Assembly (NCBI GenBank): GCA_965240325.2
Contig: OZ251242.1
Coordinates: 1,430,096 to 1,494,095 of the forward strand
Reading direction: 5' to 3'
Length of the DNA: 64,000 nucleotides
From: Rebecca billardiae RCC1528
Lineage: Eukaryota > Protista > Haptophyta
The translations under genes were made by a program, and so were the position numbers. Shown here piece by piece: positions 48,378 to 61,075 of the stretch; the first letter of the stretch is position 1, and each line of letters opens with the position of its first letter. The notes beneath the pieces are model-generated. The model did no database searches. It saw only the letters and a program-made list of their open reading frames with translations, and was not told the origin of the DNA.

Positions 48378-50943
48378 TCAGGCGACGGCGGTGATGTCCG
48401 CCGGGTCCGTCGCCGCCTCCTGCTCCACGATGGCCGCCGCGCGCTCGGGCGGCAGCTCGCCCGAGTGCGCGAGCTCGGCGAGCAGCGCGCGCACCGCGTG
48501 CGCGGCCGAGCGGCTCTTGTCCACGCACGCGGTCAGCCCCGCGCGCTCAAAGGCGCGGCGCTCGTCGCAGTGCTTCGGGTCGCCCGTCATGCCCACGATG
48601 GCGCCCGCAAACCCGGCCGCGCGCAGCTCGCGCACCACCTCCGTGCCGGAGCGGTTGGGCATCTGCGCGCGCGCGCCGGCGGCGGCGTGCGTGAGCGATC
48701 GCGGCGCACGCGCGCGGCACGGCGCGCGTCTCAAGCGCGCAGATGCACACGCGCACGCACACACACCTGGTTGTCGAGCACGATGAGGTCGTACGGCGGG
48801 CACGCGCCGAGCGCGAAGCGCATCGCCTCCTCGCCGTCCGCCGCCTCGTCCAGCGCGAGGCGCGCGGCGTCGAACTTGCCGAACGTGCGTCGGGAGAAGG
48901 AGCGGCGCAGCACGGCGTCGTCCTCCGCGTACAGGCAGCGCGGCACGCGCGACACCTCGCCCACACGCGCGCACCCGCCGGACTCGTCGTCCACGCCCGA
49001 GCGGCCGAGCGCGGGGTGCGCGTCCTCCGGCGCGGGCGGCGCGGGCTGCGGCGTGGCGCTCGGCCGGCGCGGCCCCAGCGCGCTGAGGTGCGCGAGCGCG
49101 CTGGCGGCGGCGGGGTTGGCGTGCTCGGGCCTGAGGTTGGGCCTGAGGTTGAGGAGCATGTCAAAGCTCAGCCCCGCGCCCAGCCCTGCGCTGTGCAGCT
49201 CGAGGGCGGAGCCGCCGTGCAGGCGCAGCATCTCGCGCACGATGCCGAGGCCGAGGCCGGTGCCGGCGCTGCCCTGGTGCATGCCCGCGCCCACCTGCGT
49301 GAACGCGTCGCCGCTCCGCAGCGCGCGCAGCTCGGCGGCGCTCAGGCCCACGCCCGTGTCGCGCACGCGCACGCGCACGCGCCGCCAGCCGTCGGCCGCG
49401 GCCTCGGCGCCGCCCGGCGCCGGCGCGGCGGCGGGCGGCCCGGCCGACGCCTCCCCGCCGCCGGACCCGTCGCCGTCGGCGTAGCTCAGCTGCACGGTCA
49501 CGGTGCCGCCGGCCGGCGTGAACTTGAGCGCGTTGGACAGGCCTGCGTGCGGCCGGAGGGCGCGCGGCGCGGCGCGGCGCGGCGCGGCACGCGGGCGGGC
49601 GGGCGGGCGGGCAGCGCGGCGCTGAGCGCGCGCCGACCGACGGCCGCGCGGCGCGGGCTGCGCGCGGGGGGTCCGCGCCACGCACCGTTGTTGAGGCACT
49701 GCGTGAGGCGGCGCGCGTCCCCCTCGAAGCACGCGCCCTCGAGCTCGGGCGGCACGTCGATGCGCAGCGCGACGGCTTTCTGCGCGCCCAGCCTGTGGAA
49801 GGCGCCGACCGCGTCCCGGAAGAGGTCGCTCAGCTGCACGCGCGCGTACGCGAGCGCCATGCGGCCCGAGTCGAGGCGCTCAAAGTCGAGCATGTCGGCG
49901 AGGATGCCCTGCATCAGCCGCGAGCAGTGCTGCAGCGCGCGCATCTCCTCCAGCACGTCCGCCAGCGCGGGGCGGCCCGCCAGCTCGGCGCGCAGCTGCT
50001 CGGCCAGCTCGGCCGCGATCGACTCGACCGAGAGCAGCGGCGAGCGCAGGTCGTGCATCACGACGCGGATGAGGCGCGAGCGCGCCTCCTTCGCCTCGGA
50101 GACGCGCTCGAGCTCCGACGCCGACGCGCGCTGCTCGCCCTCGCGCGACGCCGCCGCGAGCCAGCGCGCGCGCCAGCGCGCGCGCCGCGCGGCTGCGGCT
50201 GCGAGCAGGCCGCACGCGAGCAGCGCGTGCGCGAGCGCGCGCGGCGCGAGCGGCGCGGCGCCGTGCGGCGCGTCCGCCGCGAGGATGGCGGCGAGGCCGC
50301 TCGCGCCCACCAGCGCGCACAGCTCGGCGCGCAGCGGCGTGCACAGCGCCGCGTACGCGAGCGTGGCCGCGTGGCGCAGCGCGCGCAGCTCGGACGCGTC
50401 CTCGAGCGCCGCCCGCGCGGACGGGCCGCACGGCGGCGGCGGCGGCAGGAGGCTCGCGCGGCCAAAGAGCTGGAGCACGACGAGGCCGAGCGCGCCGAGC
50501 GCCTCGGCCTGGCCCGCGCGCGCCCAGCCGCGCGCGCACGCCTCGGCCGCCAGCGCGAGCAGCGCGCACGCGGCCGCGAGCGCCGCGGGCGCGGCGGCGG
50601 CGGCGGCGGCGCCGCCGCCGCCGCCGCATGCGGGCGGCCAGCCCGCGCCGCCGTCGGCGTCGGCGTCGGCGGCGGCGGCGGCGTCGGCGGCGAGGCGCGC
50701 GATGAGCTCGGCGGCGGTGATCAGGCCGGCGAGCACGGGCGCCGCCGCGGCGAGCAGCCGGAAGCTGCGCACGAGCTGCGGCGCCGCGCGCTCTGCAACG
50801 TACGAGCGCTCGGCCGCGCCGTCGGCCAAGCGGCCGGAGCGCGTCGTGCGGGGCGCGGGCGCGCGCTCGGCGCCGAGCGCGCGCTGCTGCGACGGCGGGC
50901 GGCGGCCTTCGACGTCCACCGACGCGCCGCGGTCGAGGCCCAT
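48378..50943 (-). CDS. Membrane-bound hybrid histidine kinase (TM + HisKA + HATPase + receiver); introns 49543-49685 and 48663-48766
   Basis: H-box MHDLRSPL, N-box LTQCLNN|GLSNALKFT, G1 VRDTGVG, G2 GTGLGLGI, receiver AEDD...DLIVLDNQ|MP...GMTG...DK. Confidence 0.93.
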
Positions 50944-51459
50944 GGCGCGCGCGCGCGCAAATGAGGGCGGGTCTTCGTGATGTTGCCGATCGAGATAGGA
51001 CCGCGGACCGCTGTCTCGGGACGGCCTGTGACGTCGTCGTCGGACTGACTCCGCGTAGCCTGATTGCGGCCTTGTGATGGATGTGGGTGCGCCAACCAAT
51101 ACTGCTCGTAGCAATCGTTGATGGATTCCCGCGAAGTCCGCGGGCCTTTTTACTCAAATTACCTGGAATGCGAGATCGATACCGTACCCGCAGTACGCAC
51201 TCTCAACTCTGAAATCGAGACACTGTTGGGCGCGCTTTGCTGCATCGGTGGACCTTGCCGGTCTTCGAACATGCCGTAGTATGCCTGTTCGTGATTTCAC
51301 GCAATAAACATTACCCAGCTACTTGGCGATGATTCGCGCGCAATCCATGGCGACATCGGAAGGTTCGAGCGCAAATAAACTGCTACTATGGGGGCTACAA
51401 TAAATTCGCAGCACCGCCCTTGCAGAGATCTTCATCAGGCACGTCCGCGCGGCAGCTGC

Positions 51460-54400
51460 TGGCCTCCGACGCAGCACGCGGCGGTCAAGCCGAGCGCGAG
51501 GCGTGGAGCCCCGCGGGCCGCCCGCACGAGGGCGCACGCGACGCCCGCGAACCAGACTCGGGCTACGGCTGCAGCAACCGGGCTGCGTCCGGAGCCGTGC
51601 CGGCTGCACAGAGCGCGCGCCTGCAGGGGCTGCCGGCCGCGCTCGCGGCTCAGCTGGGCTGAGCTCGGACCTCGGCGCAGCACGCGGCGCCGCGGCCGAG
51701 GTCGAGGCGTGGCGCCCCGCGGCTTGCCCGCGCGCGCCCGCACAGTCTGACCGCGCCCCAGGCTCGTGCTATCGCGGCCGTGCCGACGCGCTGCGTCCGG
51801 GGTAGCGCGCGCGTGGCCGCCACCGGCAGTTCATCGGCTCATCCGCATCGCGCGCCCGCGCGGGCGCCGACGGCAGCGCGTGGCGCGGTGCGAGCCAGCC
51901 GAGCGAGCGCAGCGCATGCTGCTCGGCGGCGCGAGCGCGTCGCAACCGTGGCTGACCGCACGCACCAGCCCAGCTGCCCCCGCCCCCGCGCCCCCATCTC
52001 CCACCTCGTCCGAGCTGCCTCTGGTGCGCGCCATCACGGCAGCGAGCCGCCGATCCGCAGCTGCTGGATGCCGCTGCTCGCGCACGCGCCTCGCGTCGAA
52101 GGAGCGGCCGCCCCTTGCCGTGGCGCGTGCGCATGGCGGTCGAGACGAGCTCACTCGAGCGCTGCCAGCGCGGGTCGGCGCTGGCGCCCGCAGTAGCACG
52201 GGCATTGCCCTGTCCCACCGCGGCGCTGGCCGCCCTCTCGTGGCTCCTCGCTCGGCGAGCTGGGGGGCCGCCGCGCGCGCGCCGCCGAGGGGAGCGACGC
52301 GCTGCGCGGCGTCGTGCGAGAGGTCGAGGCGCGAGTGCATTCATCCGCCGCGCGCACTCGACCGCTCCGCCGTGCGCGCGGCCGCACGCTGGCGGCAGCG
52401 CGTGGCCGAGCGGCTGAGCCGAGGGGCCGGCAGCGCGCTCGCGCCGCCGCGCACAGTCGCGAGGGCTACGGATGGGAGCGTGCGAGCCGGCAGGGTCGCG
52501 CTGAGTGCATGCTGCTCGACGGCGCGATGCCCCTCTTGCGCACCGCTGGGCCGGCGTGCGCGCGCACCCGGCAGCGACAGCGCGCGACAGCCGCACGCCC
52601 AGGGACGCCATGCTGGCTTCGTCGATCGCGCCCAACAGCAGCCTTGGCTTTTCGCGATCGACGGCGACCGTTGGCAGCGGAATGACTACAGTTTACTATG
52701 ATTTAACGTGCACACTTGGTACTGGGCTTGCTGCAATGGCCGCCTCGATGAGGTGCGGCAACGCGCCCCTCACCTGCCTGCGCCGGTCTGTTTTGTGGCG
52801 GTGTCTTTGTGCAGTGTTGGATGGCGTCAATCACGCCTTAACCAAGTGTGCACGTTAAAACATAGTAAACTGTACGCGAATCAGCATGGCCGGGACGGCG
52901 TCTCCGCATGGGATTGCAACTCATGGCACAGCCGGGTGCAAAAGCGCATCGGCGACGTCGGACGGGGCTGTTGCGCGCCGAGAGCTAAGTACGTAGAGCG
53001 TTGCAACCGCCTCCCCCGCGCCTCGTACCAGCCCAAGGTGGCCCCCGCCCCGCCCCGCCCCCCCGTCTCACTTGCCAGTGCGACCGCTGTCTCCTGCGAG
53101 CGCAGCGGGCCATCCTGCAGCCGCGCCGAGCGGTTTGAGCGGGGGATGAGCGATGACGGGTGTCTATATAGGCGAGCCGTCGCTGCATACTGCTCATCGT
53201 CTAGTCAGCGCCCGCGCCCGCCGCCGCCATTTGAAGTCTCAATGACAGCGGCCTGCGAGTGTCCAGCGGACCACTCGCTGCAAGTGCAACTGCCGCTGGC
53301 TTCTGCCTTCCTGGCTGGCGAGGCGCAGCACGACACGGCTGTGCGCGGGCAATCTGGCTCCTTTGATGGCCGAATTGGTAGGTGAACGGGCCACACCCGC
53401 GAGGGCATCCCCGCGTGCAGCAAGGGCGGCCCGGTCAGGGCGGGAGCGCCGTGCGCGCCGGGCAGCGCGCCACGGCGGCCGGTGGCACGGCTCTCGTGGT
53501 GTGTGTGAGCCCTCGCCCCGCCGCGCACGCTCCTGCTGCGCCGAGGCTGCCGCGCCGCGCCCGAGCTGATCGCGCGGCGCGCGCGGTGGCGCCTGCCAAG
53601 TGCTGCTGCTACCGCCGAGTGCTGCTGGCTGGGCCGACGCGAAGCCCGCGCCCGAGAGTCGGGCCGCGCGGCAGGGAGCTGCGGACGTGGAGCGCAGCAG
53701 CCGTCCCAGCGCCTCGCCCTGGTCAAAGCGGCCCCCGCCCCGCCCCCCCCCATCTTGCTCTTCGTCCAACCTGCACCGGGGACGCGTCGTGAGCGGCAAC
53801 CACCAGGGCCCTCATCATCGCGCGTGAGCGCCCGCTCTGGACGCACAGCTGCCTCGGAGATGACATGCGCCCACTGCAGTGCTGCTGGTCGCGCGCGCGC
53901 CTCACGTCGAAAGAGCGGGCGCGCCTTGCCGCGGCGCGAGCGCGTTGAGGTTGAGACGAGCGAGCACGTTCGAGCGCTGCCGTTGCGTGTCAGCGGCGGT
54001 GATGAGCAGCAGTCGCGCAGACGCCGCCCTGTCCCACCGCGCTGGGAGTCGCTCACGCCATCTGCACTCGCGCCTGGCCCTGGCTGGCCAGCAGCCCTCC
54101 GCGTGCAGTCGGACAGCCTCGAGGGGGCGGGTTGGGCGGCGGACGAGTGACGACGGGCGTCTGCTGGCGAGCCTTGGCCGCGCCGGGCGCATCGTCTAGT
54201 CCAGCGCAGCCATCGCCTACGCCCGCGCCCGCCGCTGCCATTTGTAGTCTCGGTTGCCGCGCGCTGCGGTCTGCGCCGAGTGCTCCGACCGTGCGGCAGC
54301 TGCTGGCCGCTGCCTTCTGGCTGGCGAGGTGCGATGAACCGCGGCGCAGCACGCGGCGGTCAAGCCGAGCGCGAGGCGTGGGGCCCCGCGGGCTGCCCGT

Positions 54401-55240
54401 TCGAGGGCGCACGCGACGAGCCCGGCTCGGGCTGCGGCTGAGCACCGATGCAGAGGCTGCGTCCGCTGCGCCGAGCGCGCGCCGCATCGCGCTGCCAGGC
54501 GCGCGCGCGACGCCGTGCGGCTCAGCTGGGCTCGTCTATCCTCGGCGCAGCACGCGGCGCAGCGGCCGATTGCGAGGAGTGACGCCCCGCGACTATGCCC
54601 GCGCGGGCCCGCACCGACTGTCTGCGCGCCACGGTCGGGCGGTTGCGAAGGTGCCGACGCTGCGTCGGAGGCCGCGCGCGCGTGGCCACCACCTGCTGCT
54701 CAGGGCGCGCTTGTGCGGGAGGGAGAGCCGCGCCGATGCGTGGCTGCTGGATGCCGTGTGGCCTCAGCTGACGGCGATGCGGCGGCCGCTCTGACTGGCG
54801 GCGTGGCCGACCGTCGAGGGGGTAGTTGACTCGGTCGGTCGGAACGCGTCTCTAGAGGCCGCCGATCCATCTAGCGGCCGCTAGGGCATCCCCGCATGCA
54901 GTGAGGGCGGCCCAGCCAGAGTGTGAGCGCAGTGCGCAGCAGCAGCGCCGAGCAGCGCATTAGGGCTGCCGATGGCACTGCTCTCGCGCTTATTTGGGGC
55001 GTAGTGTGAGCCCGCGTTCAGTCGCGCGCGCTCCTGCTGCACCGAGGCTGCCGCGACCGCGCCGCGCTCGAGCAGAGCGCTGCGCGCGCGTGGCGGCGCC
55101 CGCAGAGTGCTGCTCAGTGGCCCGATACAAAGCTCACGCCAGGAAGCTGCGGGCGTGGAGCTCCACAGCCGGCCCAGCGCCTCGCCCTGGTCAAAGCTGC
55201 CCCCGCCCCGCCCCCCCCATCTTGCTCTTCGTCCAAACTG
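51460..55240 (+). repeat. Subtelomeric mosaic of diverged direct duplications
   Basis: Approximate pairs: 51471-51830 with 54346-54695; 52075-52225 with 53888-54043; 53197-53322 with 54192-54328; 53402-53770 with 54883-55238. Confidence 0.8.
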
Positions 55241-55419
55241 CGCCTGGTGCGCGAATAGTGATCGAGCGGCAATCGCCTGCGGCGCGCCGAGCGCGCGCGA
55301 GCTGGATGGCCAACGCCCACCGACTGGTGGTTGCCCCCGCCGCGCATGCCAAGCACGCGCAGCAGGGCACGCGGCGGATGCGGTGAAGGGCGCGTGGCCG
55401 GGTGCGCACGGGAATGGTG

Positions 55420-55870
55420 GCATATACGCGCTCGTCTGACTCGCGACAGCCCGCATGATGCGCTGATCGTCGACCGCCCGTCTCAGATGGACCTGACGCG
55501 CCCTGCGTCGACCTCGCCCCGGCCAAAGCAGCCCCCACCCCGGGGCCCCATCGAACACTCCGTCGACCTGCCCTCGGCTTGCGCAGCAGCTGCTGCACCG
55601 TCTACGACGACTGCTGCCGTGCGCGCTCGTGATCGTGTACGGTCAGATCTCGGGCCGCGCGCGCGCCCGGCGCTGCACCGAGGCCTGCCGCTCGACCGTG
55701 CTGACCAGCCCCAGCTGGCCGCACTGGTTGCGGCCGCGCGCGTATACGGCGCCCGCCTCGCTCAGCGTGAGCAGGCGCGCGCGACCGGCGGCCGCGCGCA
55801 CGCACACCGCCTCCAGCGTGCTCACGCGCGTCGGCACGAGCAGGCGGGACTCGGTGGCGAGGTAGCTGTG
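55420..55870 (-). pseudogene. RCC1/BLIP-II repeat gene relic
   Basis: LLTLSEAGAVYARGRNQCGQLGL matches the RCC1 consensus (GxVYxWGxNxxGQLG). Flanking frames are broken by stops and frameshifts. Confidence 0.6.
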
Positions 55871-57049
55871 CGACGCACGTGCGCACGCCGCCGTCCGCGG
55901 CGACAACTAGGCAGAGCGGACCCTCGCGCGGCCTGAGATGGCGGTCGCTGGTCGACCCTCTCCAGCGGGGCGGCCGTTTGGGCGTCCTCTCGCGGGCGGG
56001 CGCCACGCGGAGGCGCGCGGCGGCGCTCGCGCACCGCAGCGGTCGGCCCGCCTCTTCTCGCGTATGCCCAGTAGCGGCTGCTCGCGCACGGGCGCGCGTC
56101 TCCACGCTGCCTGGCGCGGCGCGCGCGGCGCGAGTGCGCGCGCGAGTGCGCGCGGCGTACTTTGGCGGCGCGGGCCGAGTGGGCCACGGTTCGTGCGCTG
56201 CTCCAGACTGCACGTGAGGCTGAGCCGCCGGCGCTCGCGCCCGTCCCGCCGCGCGCCGCCGCGCGCCCCTCGGCGCGGCCTCACGAGAGCGCGTCGGCAC
56301 GGGTGGTGATGAAGCGGGCTTTGTTGGACAGCGCGGTCCACACGCGTGCCTTTAGGCTTCGCGCCGCGCACCGCGCTCGCTGGAGCCCTCTCGTCCCGCC
56401 GCGCGGCGCACACGTCAGCGCGCTGGCGCGGGCGCGGGCGTGCTGTGTCAGGGGACTGGGTTGCTGCCCTCACGGTGTGTCGGCGTGCCGCAAGGCGGAC
56501 CGCCGGTCGGGCGCGGCCTATCGCCTCGCCGTGTCTCGGATGGCGCGGCGCGTGCACGCGGCCCGCCGCCGCGTGCGCTCGACGCGGCGGCGGCGGGCAG
56601 CCGCCATCGTGAGCTCGTCGCCTGCCGAGATCGTGCCGAGAGCTCGCGATCTGCTCGGGCGAGATTTGCAGAGCGACGCCGCTCAACAGTCAAATGCGAT
56701 GGCGGCCGGCCCTCTCTTCCGGCGGAGCATGGTGTGGGCGTCATCTCTCGGGCGTGCGCCGCGCGGAGGCGCGCGCGGCGGCGGCTCGGCGCGCACTGGG
56801 CGCGGTGGCGAGCCCGTTGGATTTCGCGTGCGCGGTGCGACGGCTGCCTGCGCGCGGCAGTGGCGCGCGCTGGCGCCGCGCCCGGCCGCGGGCCGGCGCC
56901 TCCGCGCTGCCTCGTGCGGCGCGAGCGCGCGCGCGGCGTGCGGGGCAGCGCCGGCCGATAGTGTTACGATGTTTGCGCTGCTCCGGGCTGCATGCGAAGC
57001 CAAAGCTCCGGCGCTCGCGCCGCGCACGCCCTGCCCCGGCGCCGCCGCC

Positions 57050-57730
57050 GGCTCGGCCGTGCGCTCGGCAGCAGCGGCAGCCAGCGCGCTCGCGTCCGCG
57101 TCGGCTCCGCAGCTTGCGCTCGCCAACGGCGCTGCGCGAGCTTGCGCGCTGCCGGCCAGCGCCGCACGGGGTCCCGATGGGCCGTTCCCTCGCCCCCGCC
57201 ACGATCGCGCCGCGAGGTGGCGGCGATGATGCGCGCGCGGCCGTGCACTCGGCAGCAGCAGCAGCGGCAGCAGCAGCAGCGGCAGCCGGCACGCGCGCGG
57301 CCGCGTCGGCGCCGCGGCCCGCGCTCGCAGACTGCGCTGCGCGATCTTGCGCACTGCCGGCCAGCGCCGCACGGGGTTCCGATGGGCCGTTCCCTCGCCC
57401 CCGCCAAGATCGCGCCGCGAGGTGGCGGCGGTGATGCGCGCGCGGCCGGCTCGGCATTGTGCTCGGCAGCAGCAGCAGCAGCCTGCGCGGCCGCGACCGC
57501 ACGCCAGCTCTTGCTCGCCTTCGGCTCGGCGAAAGGTGGTGTGCGGCGGCGCAGCGCCGCGCGGGATGCATACGCGCCGCTCCATCACCTCGCGCCGACC
57601 TGTCGCCGCAGCGCTCGGGCGAGGGCGCGCACGCGCGGCCGGCTCGGCCGCGCACCGCGCAGCAGCAGCCGCAGCGGCCTGCGCGGCCGCTGCACGCGTC
57701 AGCTCTCGCTCGCCTTCGGCTCGGCGAAAG
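57050..57730 (+). repeat. Degenerate ~200-bp tandem repeats
   Basis: CCGGCCAGCGCCGCACGGGG..CCGATGGGCCGTTCCCTCGCCCCCGCC at about 57152 and 57357; TCGCCTTCGGCTCGGCGAAAG at about 57515 and 57710. Confidence 0.75.
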
Positions 57731-57779
57731 CTGGCGCGTGTCGGCTTAGTGCCGGGTGGTACGAGCCACACGCCCGATG

Positions 57780-59895
57780 GCCGTCGCGAGAATATGTGCT
57801 GGGCGCGGCCTCGTCGGACTCAGCGCCCCTCACCAGCCGCGCGCGCGCCGTCGGCGCCGGGCCAGTGGCAGTTAGAGCAAGTAGCCGCGAAGGGGGTCAC
57901 GCAAGGCCCGCTCTCGAGCGAGCGCTCGCTGGCCGTCGAGACTATGTGTTGAACGGCTCCGAACCGCCAGGTAGAGGTGAGAGCGGCGCGTGCGTGGCCT
58001 CGCTCTTGTCACCTACCGGCCGCGCGCGCGCTCGGCGGGGCCGGCAAGTGCGGCAGTTACAACGAATTGGTGTCGTAGGGACGGTCACGCAGAGCCCGCT
58101 CTCGAGCGAGCGCTCGCTATAGCCGTCGAGCATATGTGTCGGGCGGCACCTAACCGCCAGGTGGAGGCGAGAGCGGCGCGTGCTTGGCCTCGCTCTGGTC
58201 ACCCACCGGCCGCGCGCGCGCTCGGCTGTGCAGTCGAGTTGCAGTTATATCGAATTGGTGTCGTAGGGACGGTCGCGCAGGGCCAGCTCTCGAGCGAGCG
58301 CTTGCTGGCCGTCGAGCATATGTGTCGGGCGGCTCCGAACCGCCGGGTAGAGGTGAGAGCGGCGCGTGCTTGGCTTGGCTCTGGTCACCTACCGGCCGCG
58401 CGCGCGCTCAGCTGCTCAGGCGGGTGGCAGTTACGGCAAATAGGCCGCATAGGGACGGTCGCGCAGGGCCCGCTCTCGAGCGAGCGCTTGCTGGCCGTCG
58501 AACATATGTGCTGGGGGGCTCCGAACCGCCGGGTAGAGGTGAGAGCGGCGCGTGCTTGGCTTGGCTCTGGTCACCTACCGGCCGCGCGCGCGCTCGGCTG
58601 CTCAGGCGGATGGCAGTTACGGCAAACAGGCCGCATAGGGACGGTCACGCAGGGCCCGCTCTCGAGCGAGCGCTCGCTGTCCGTCGAGCATATGTGCTGG
58701 GGGGCTCCGAACCGCCGGGTAGAGGTGAGAGCGGCGCGTGTGTGGCTTGGCTCTGGTCACCTACCGGCCGCGCGCGCGCTCGGCGGGGCCGGCGGGTGGC
58801 AGTTAAGGCAAACAGGCCGCATAGGGACGGTCACGCAGGGCCCGCTCTCGAGTGAGCACTCGCTGTCCGTCGAGCATATGTGCTGGGGGGCTCCGAACCG
58901 CCGGGTAGAGGTGAGAGCGGCGCGTGCTTGGCTTGGCTCTGGTCACCTACCGGCCGCGCGCGCGCTCGGCTGCTCAGGCGGGTGGCAGTTAGGGCAAACA
59001 GGCCGCATAGGGACGGTCACGCAGGGCCCGCTCTCGAGCGAGCGCTTGCTGGCCGTCGAGCATATGTGTTGGGGGGCTCCGAACCGCCGGGTAGAGGCGA
59101 GAGCGGCGCATGCTTGGCTTGGCTCTGGTCACCTACCGGCCGCGCGCGCGCTCGGCGGCTCACGCGGGTGGCAGTTAATGCAAACCGGCCGCATATGGAC
59201 GGTCACGCAGGGCCCGCTCTCGAGCGAGCGCTTGCTGGCCGTCGAGCATATGTGTCGGGCGGCTCCGAACCGCCGGGTAGAGGTGAGAGCGGCGCGTGTG
59301 TGGCTTGGCTCTGGTCACCTACCGGCCGCGCGCGCGCTCGGCGGGGCCGGCGGGTGGCAGCTAAAGCAAATAGGCCGCATAGGGACGGTCACGCAGGGCC
59401 CGCTCTCGAGTGAGCGCTCGCTGTCCGTCGAGCATATGTGCTGGGGGGCTCCGAACCGCCGGGTAGAGGTGAGAGCGGCGCGTGCTTGGCTTGGCTCTGG
59501 TCACCTACCGGCCGCGCGCGCGCTCGGCTGCTCAGGCGGGTGGCAGTTAGGGCAAACAGGCCGCATAGGGACGGTCACGCAGGGCCCGCTCTCGAGCGAG
59601 CGCTTGCTGGCCGTCGAGCATATGTGCTGGGGGGCTCCGAACCGCCGGGTAGAGGTGAGAGCGGGGCGTGCTTGGCTTGGCTCTGGTCACCTACCGGCCG
59701 CGCGGGCGGTCGGTGGCTCAGGCGGGTGGCAGCTACGGCAAACAGGCCGCATAGGGACGGTCACGCAGGGCCCGCTCTCGAGCGAGCGCTTGCTGGCCGT
59801 CGAGCATATGTGTCGGGCGGCTCCGAACCGCCGGGTAGAGGTGAGAGCGGCGCGTGCTTGGCTTGGCTCTGGTCACATACAGGCCGCGCGCGGCC
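57780..59895 (+). repeat. 186-bp subtelomeric satellite, about 11 units
   Basis: CTCTCGAG recurs at 57911, 58099, 58287, 58473, 58659, 58845, 59031, 59217, 59403, 59589 and 59775. Confidence 0.95.
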
Positions 59896-59899
59896 GCGC

Positions 59900-61075
59900 G
59901 TGAAGCCAGTCGGCTGGCAGCCTGCGCACCACGGGTTGGCGCGTGGCACTGGCGTGCTACACCGACACGGGCCGACCCATGCGCGCCCACGCCCACGCTG
60001 CCTGCAGCACCGGCCGGATGCCCCGCTTGTGCGTTGCCACACGTGACGGCAGCCGCGGCAGGCGGACCGGTGCGGGCAGTCACGTGCGCGCGCGCGCGCT
60101 CGGCGCGGCGCCCGTGACGGGCGGGCGGAGGGCGCAGGCGTGAGCGATGGAGCGGCTGCGCTGCTCCTCCGCCACTGCGCGGGGCCGCGTGCGCGCGCCC
60201 GCGCGCGGCACGCTCTCCCATCGCCAGCGTGCGCACTGCTCGATCGGCGTGCGGTCGTGCCCGAGGTGCAGCGCATGCGTTGGGCACGGTGGCGCGGGCG
60301 GGTGCGCTCCGGGCGCCGCGTGCGGTGTGTGCGTGCGGAGGCCCTCGTGCCCGCGCGACGGCGCGCGCGGTCGACCTGGCATCGCAGGAAGAGGCGACGC
60401 TCCTACGATGCAGTCTCGCTCCCAAGGCGGCGGGCGCCGCCATCGTCCTGCTCTGCGCCTTTTTCCAGGCCGAGCATTTCTCGAACGCTCCATTTTGTTC
60501 ATCTTCTTTCTCGCCAAGTCCCGCGGCGCGGTCCGCTCTCCACGGACGGAAGGAGCATGGCCGGCCTTTCCGCACGGGCGCACGAGCACGTCGCCTCGCC
60601 GCAGCGACGGGCGCGGCGAGAGGGCGCGAGGGCGCGCTGCGCGGCGGGCACGCGGCGTGCAGCACGTATGCGCGGTGTCCAGCTCATCGCGAGCTGGCGC
60701 ACACGCTGCCATTGCGAAGGCGCTGCCGCGGCGACGGCTCGCGGTCGGCAGGCGTCGCGCTCGCGTGCGGCAGCTGCACGCGAGGCGAGTCTGCGAGCGG
60801 CCGGCGCGCCACGGGCTGGCGCGGGGCGCTGGCGTGCGTGCGCACGACCCACCGCACGCGCGCCCGCCCGAACGCTGCCTGCCGCACAGGCCGGATGCAC
60901 CGCTCGTGCGCTGCCACCCTCGGCGGCCGCAGCGACCGGTGGACGGGTGCGCGCGCGCGCTCGGCGCGGCGCGTGCGGCGGGCGTGCGGCGGGCGCATGC
61001 GTGCGCGATGGATCGATGGCGCTGCGCTCGCGCCACTGCGAGGGTCTGCGTGCGCGTGCCCGCGCGTGGCTTGCT
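59900..61075 (+). repeat. Diverged ~300-bp direct duplication
   Basis: About 59900-60240 matches about 60780-61075 (GGCCGGATGC.CCGCT.GTGCG.TGCCAC; GCGCGCGCTCGGCGCGGCGC). Confidence 0.7.

Noticed and set aside
57780-59895. Satellite as a CRISPR array or hammerhead-ribozyme (retrozyme) array
   Set aside because: Whole monomers repeat with no unique spacers, no cas genes are present, and I found no CUGANGA/GAAA core on either strand.
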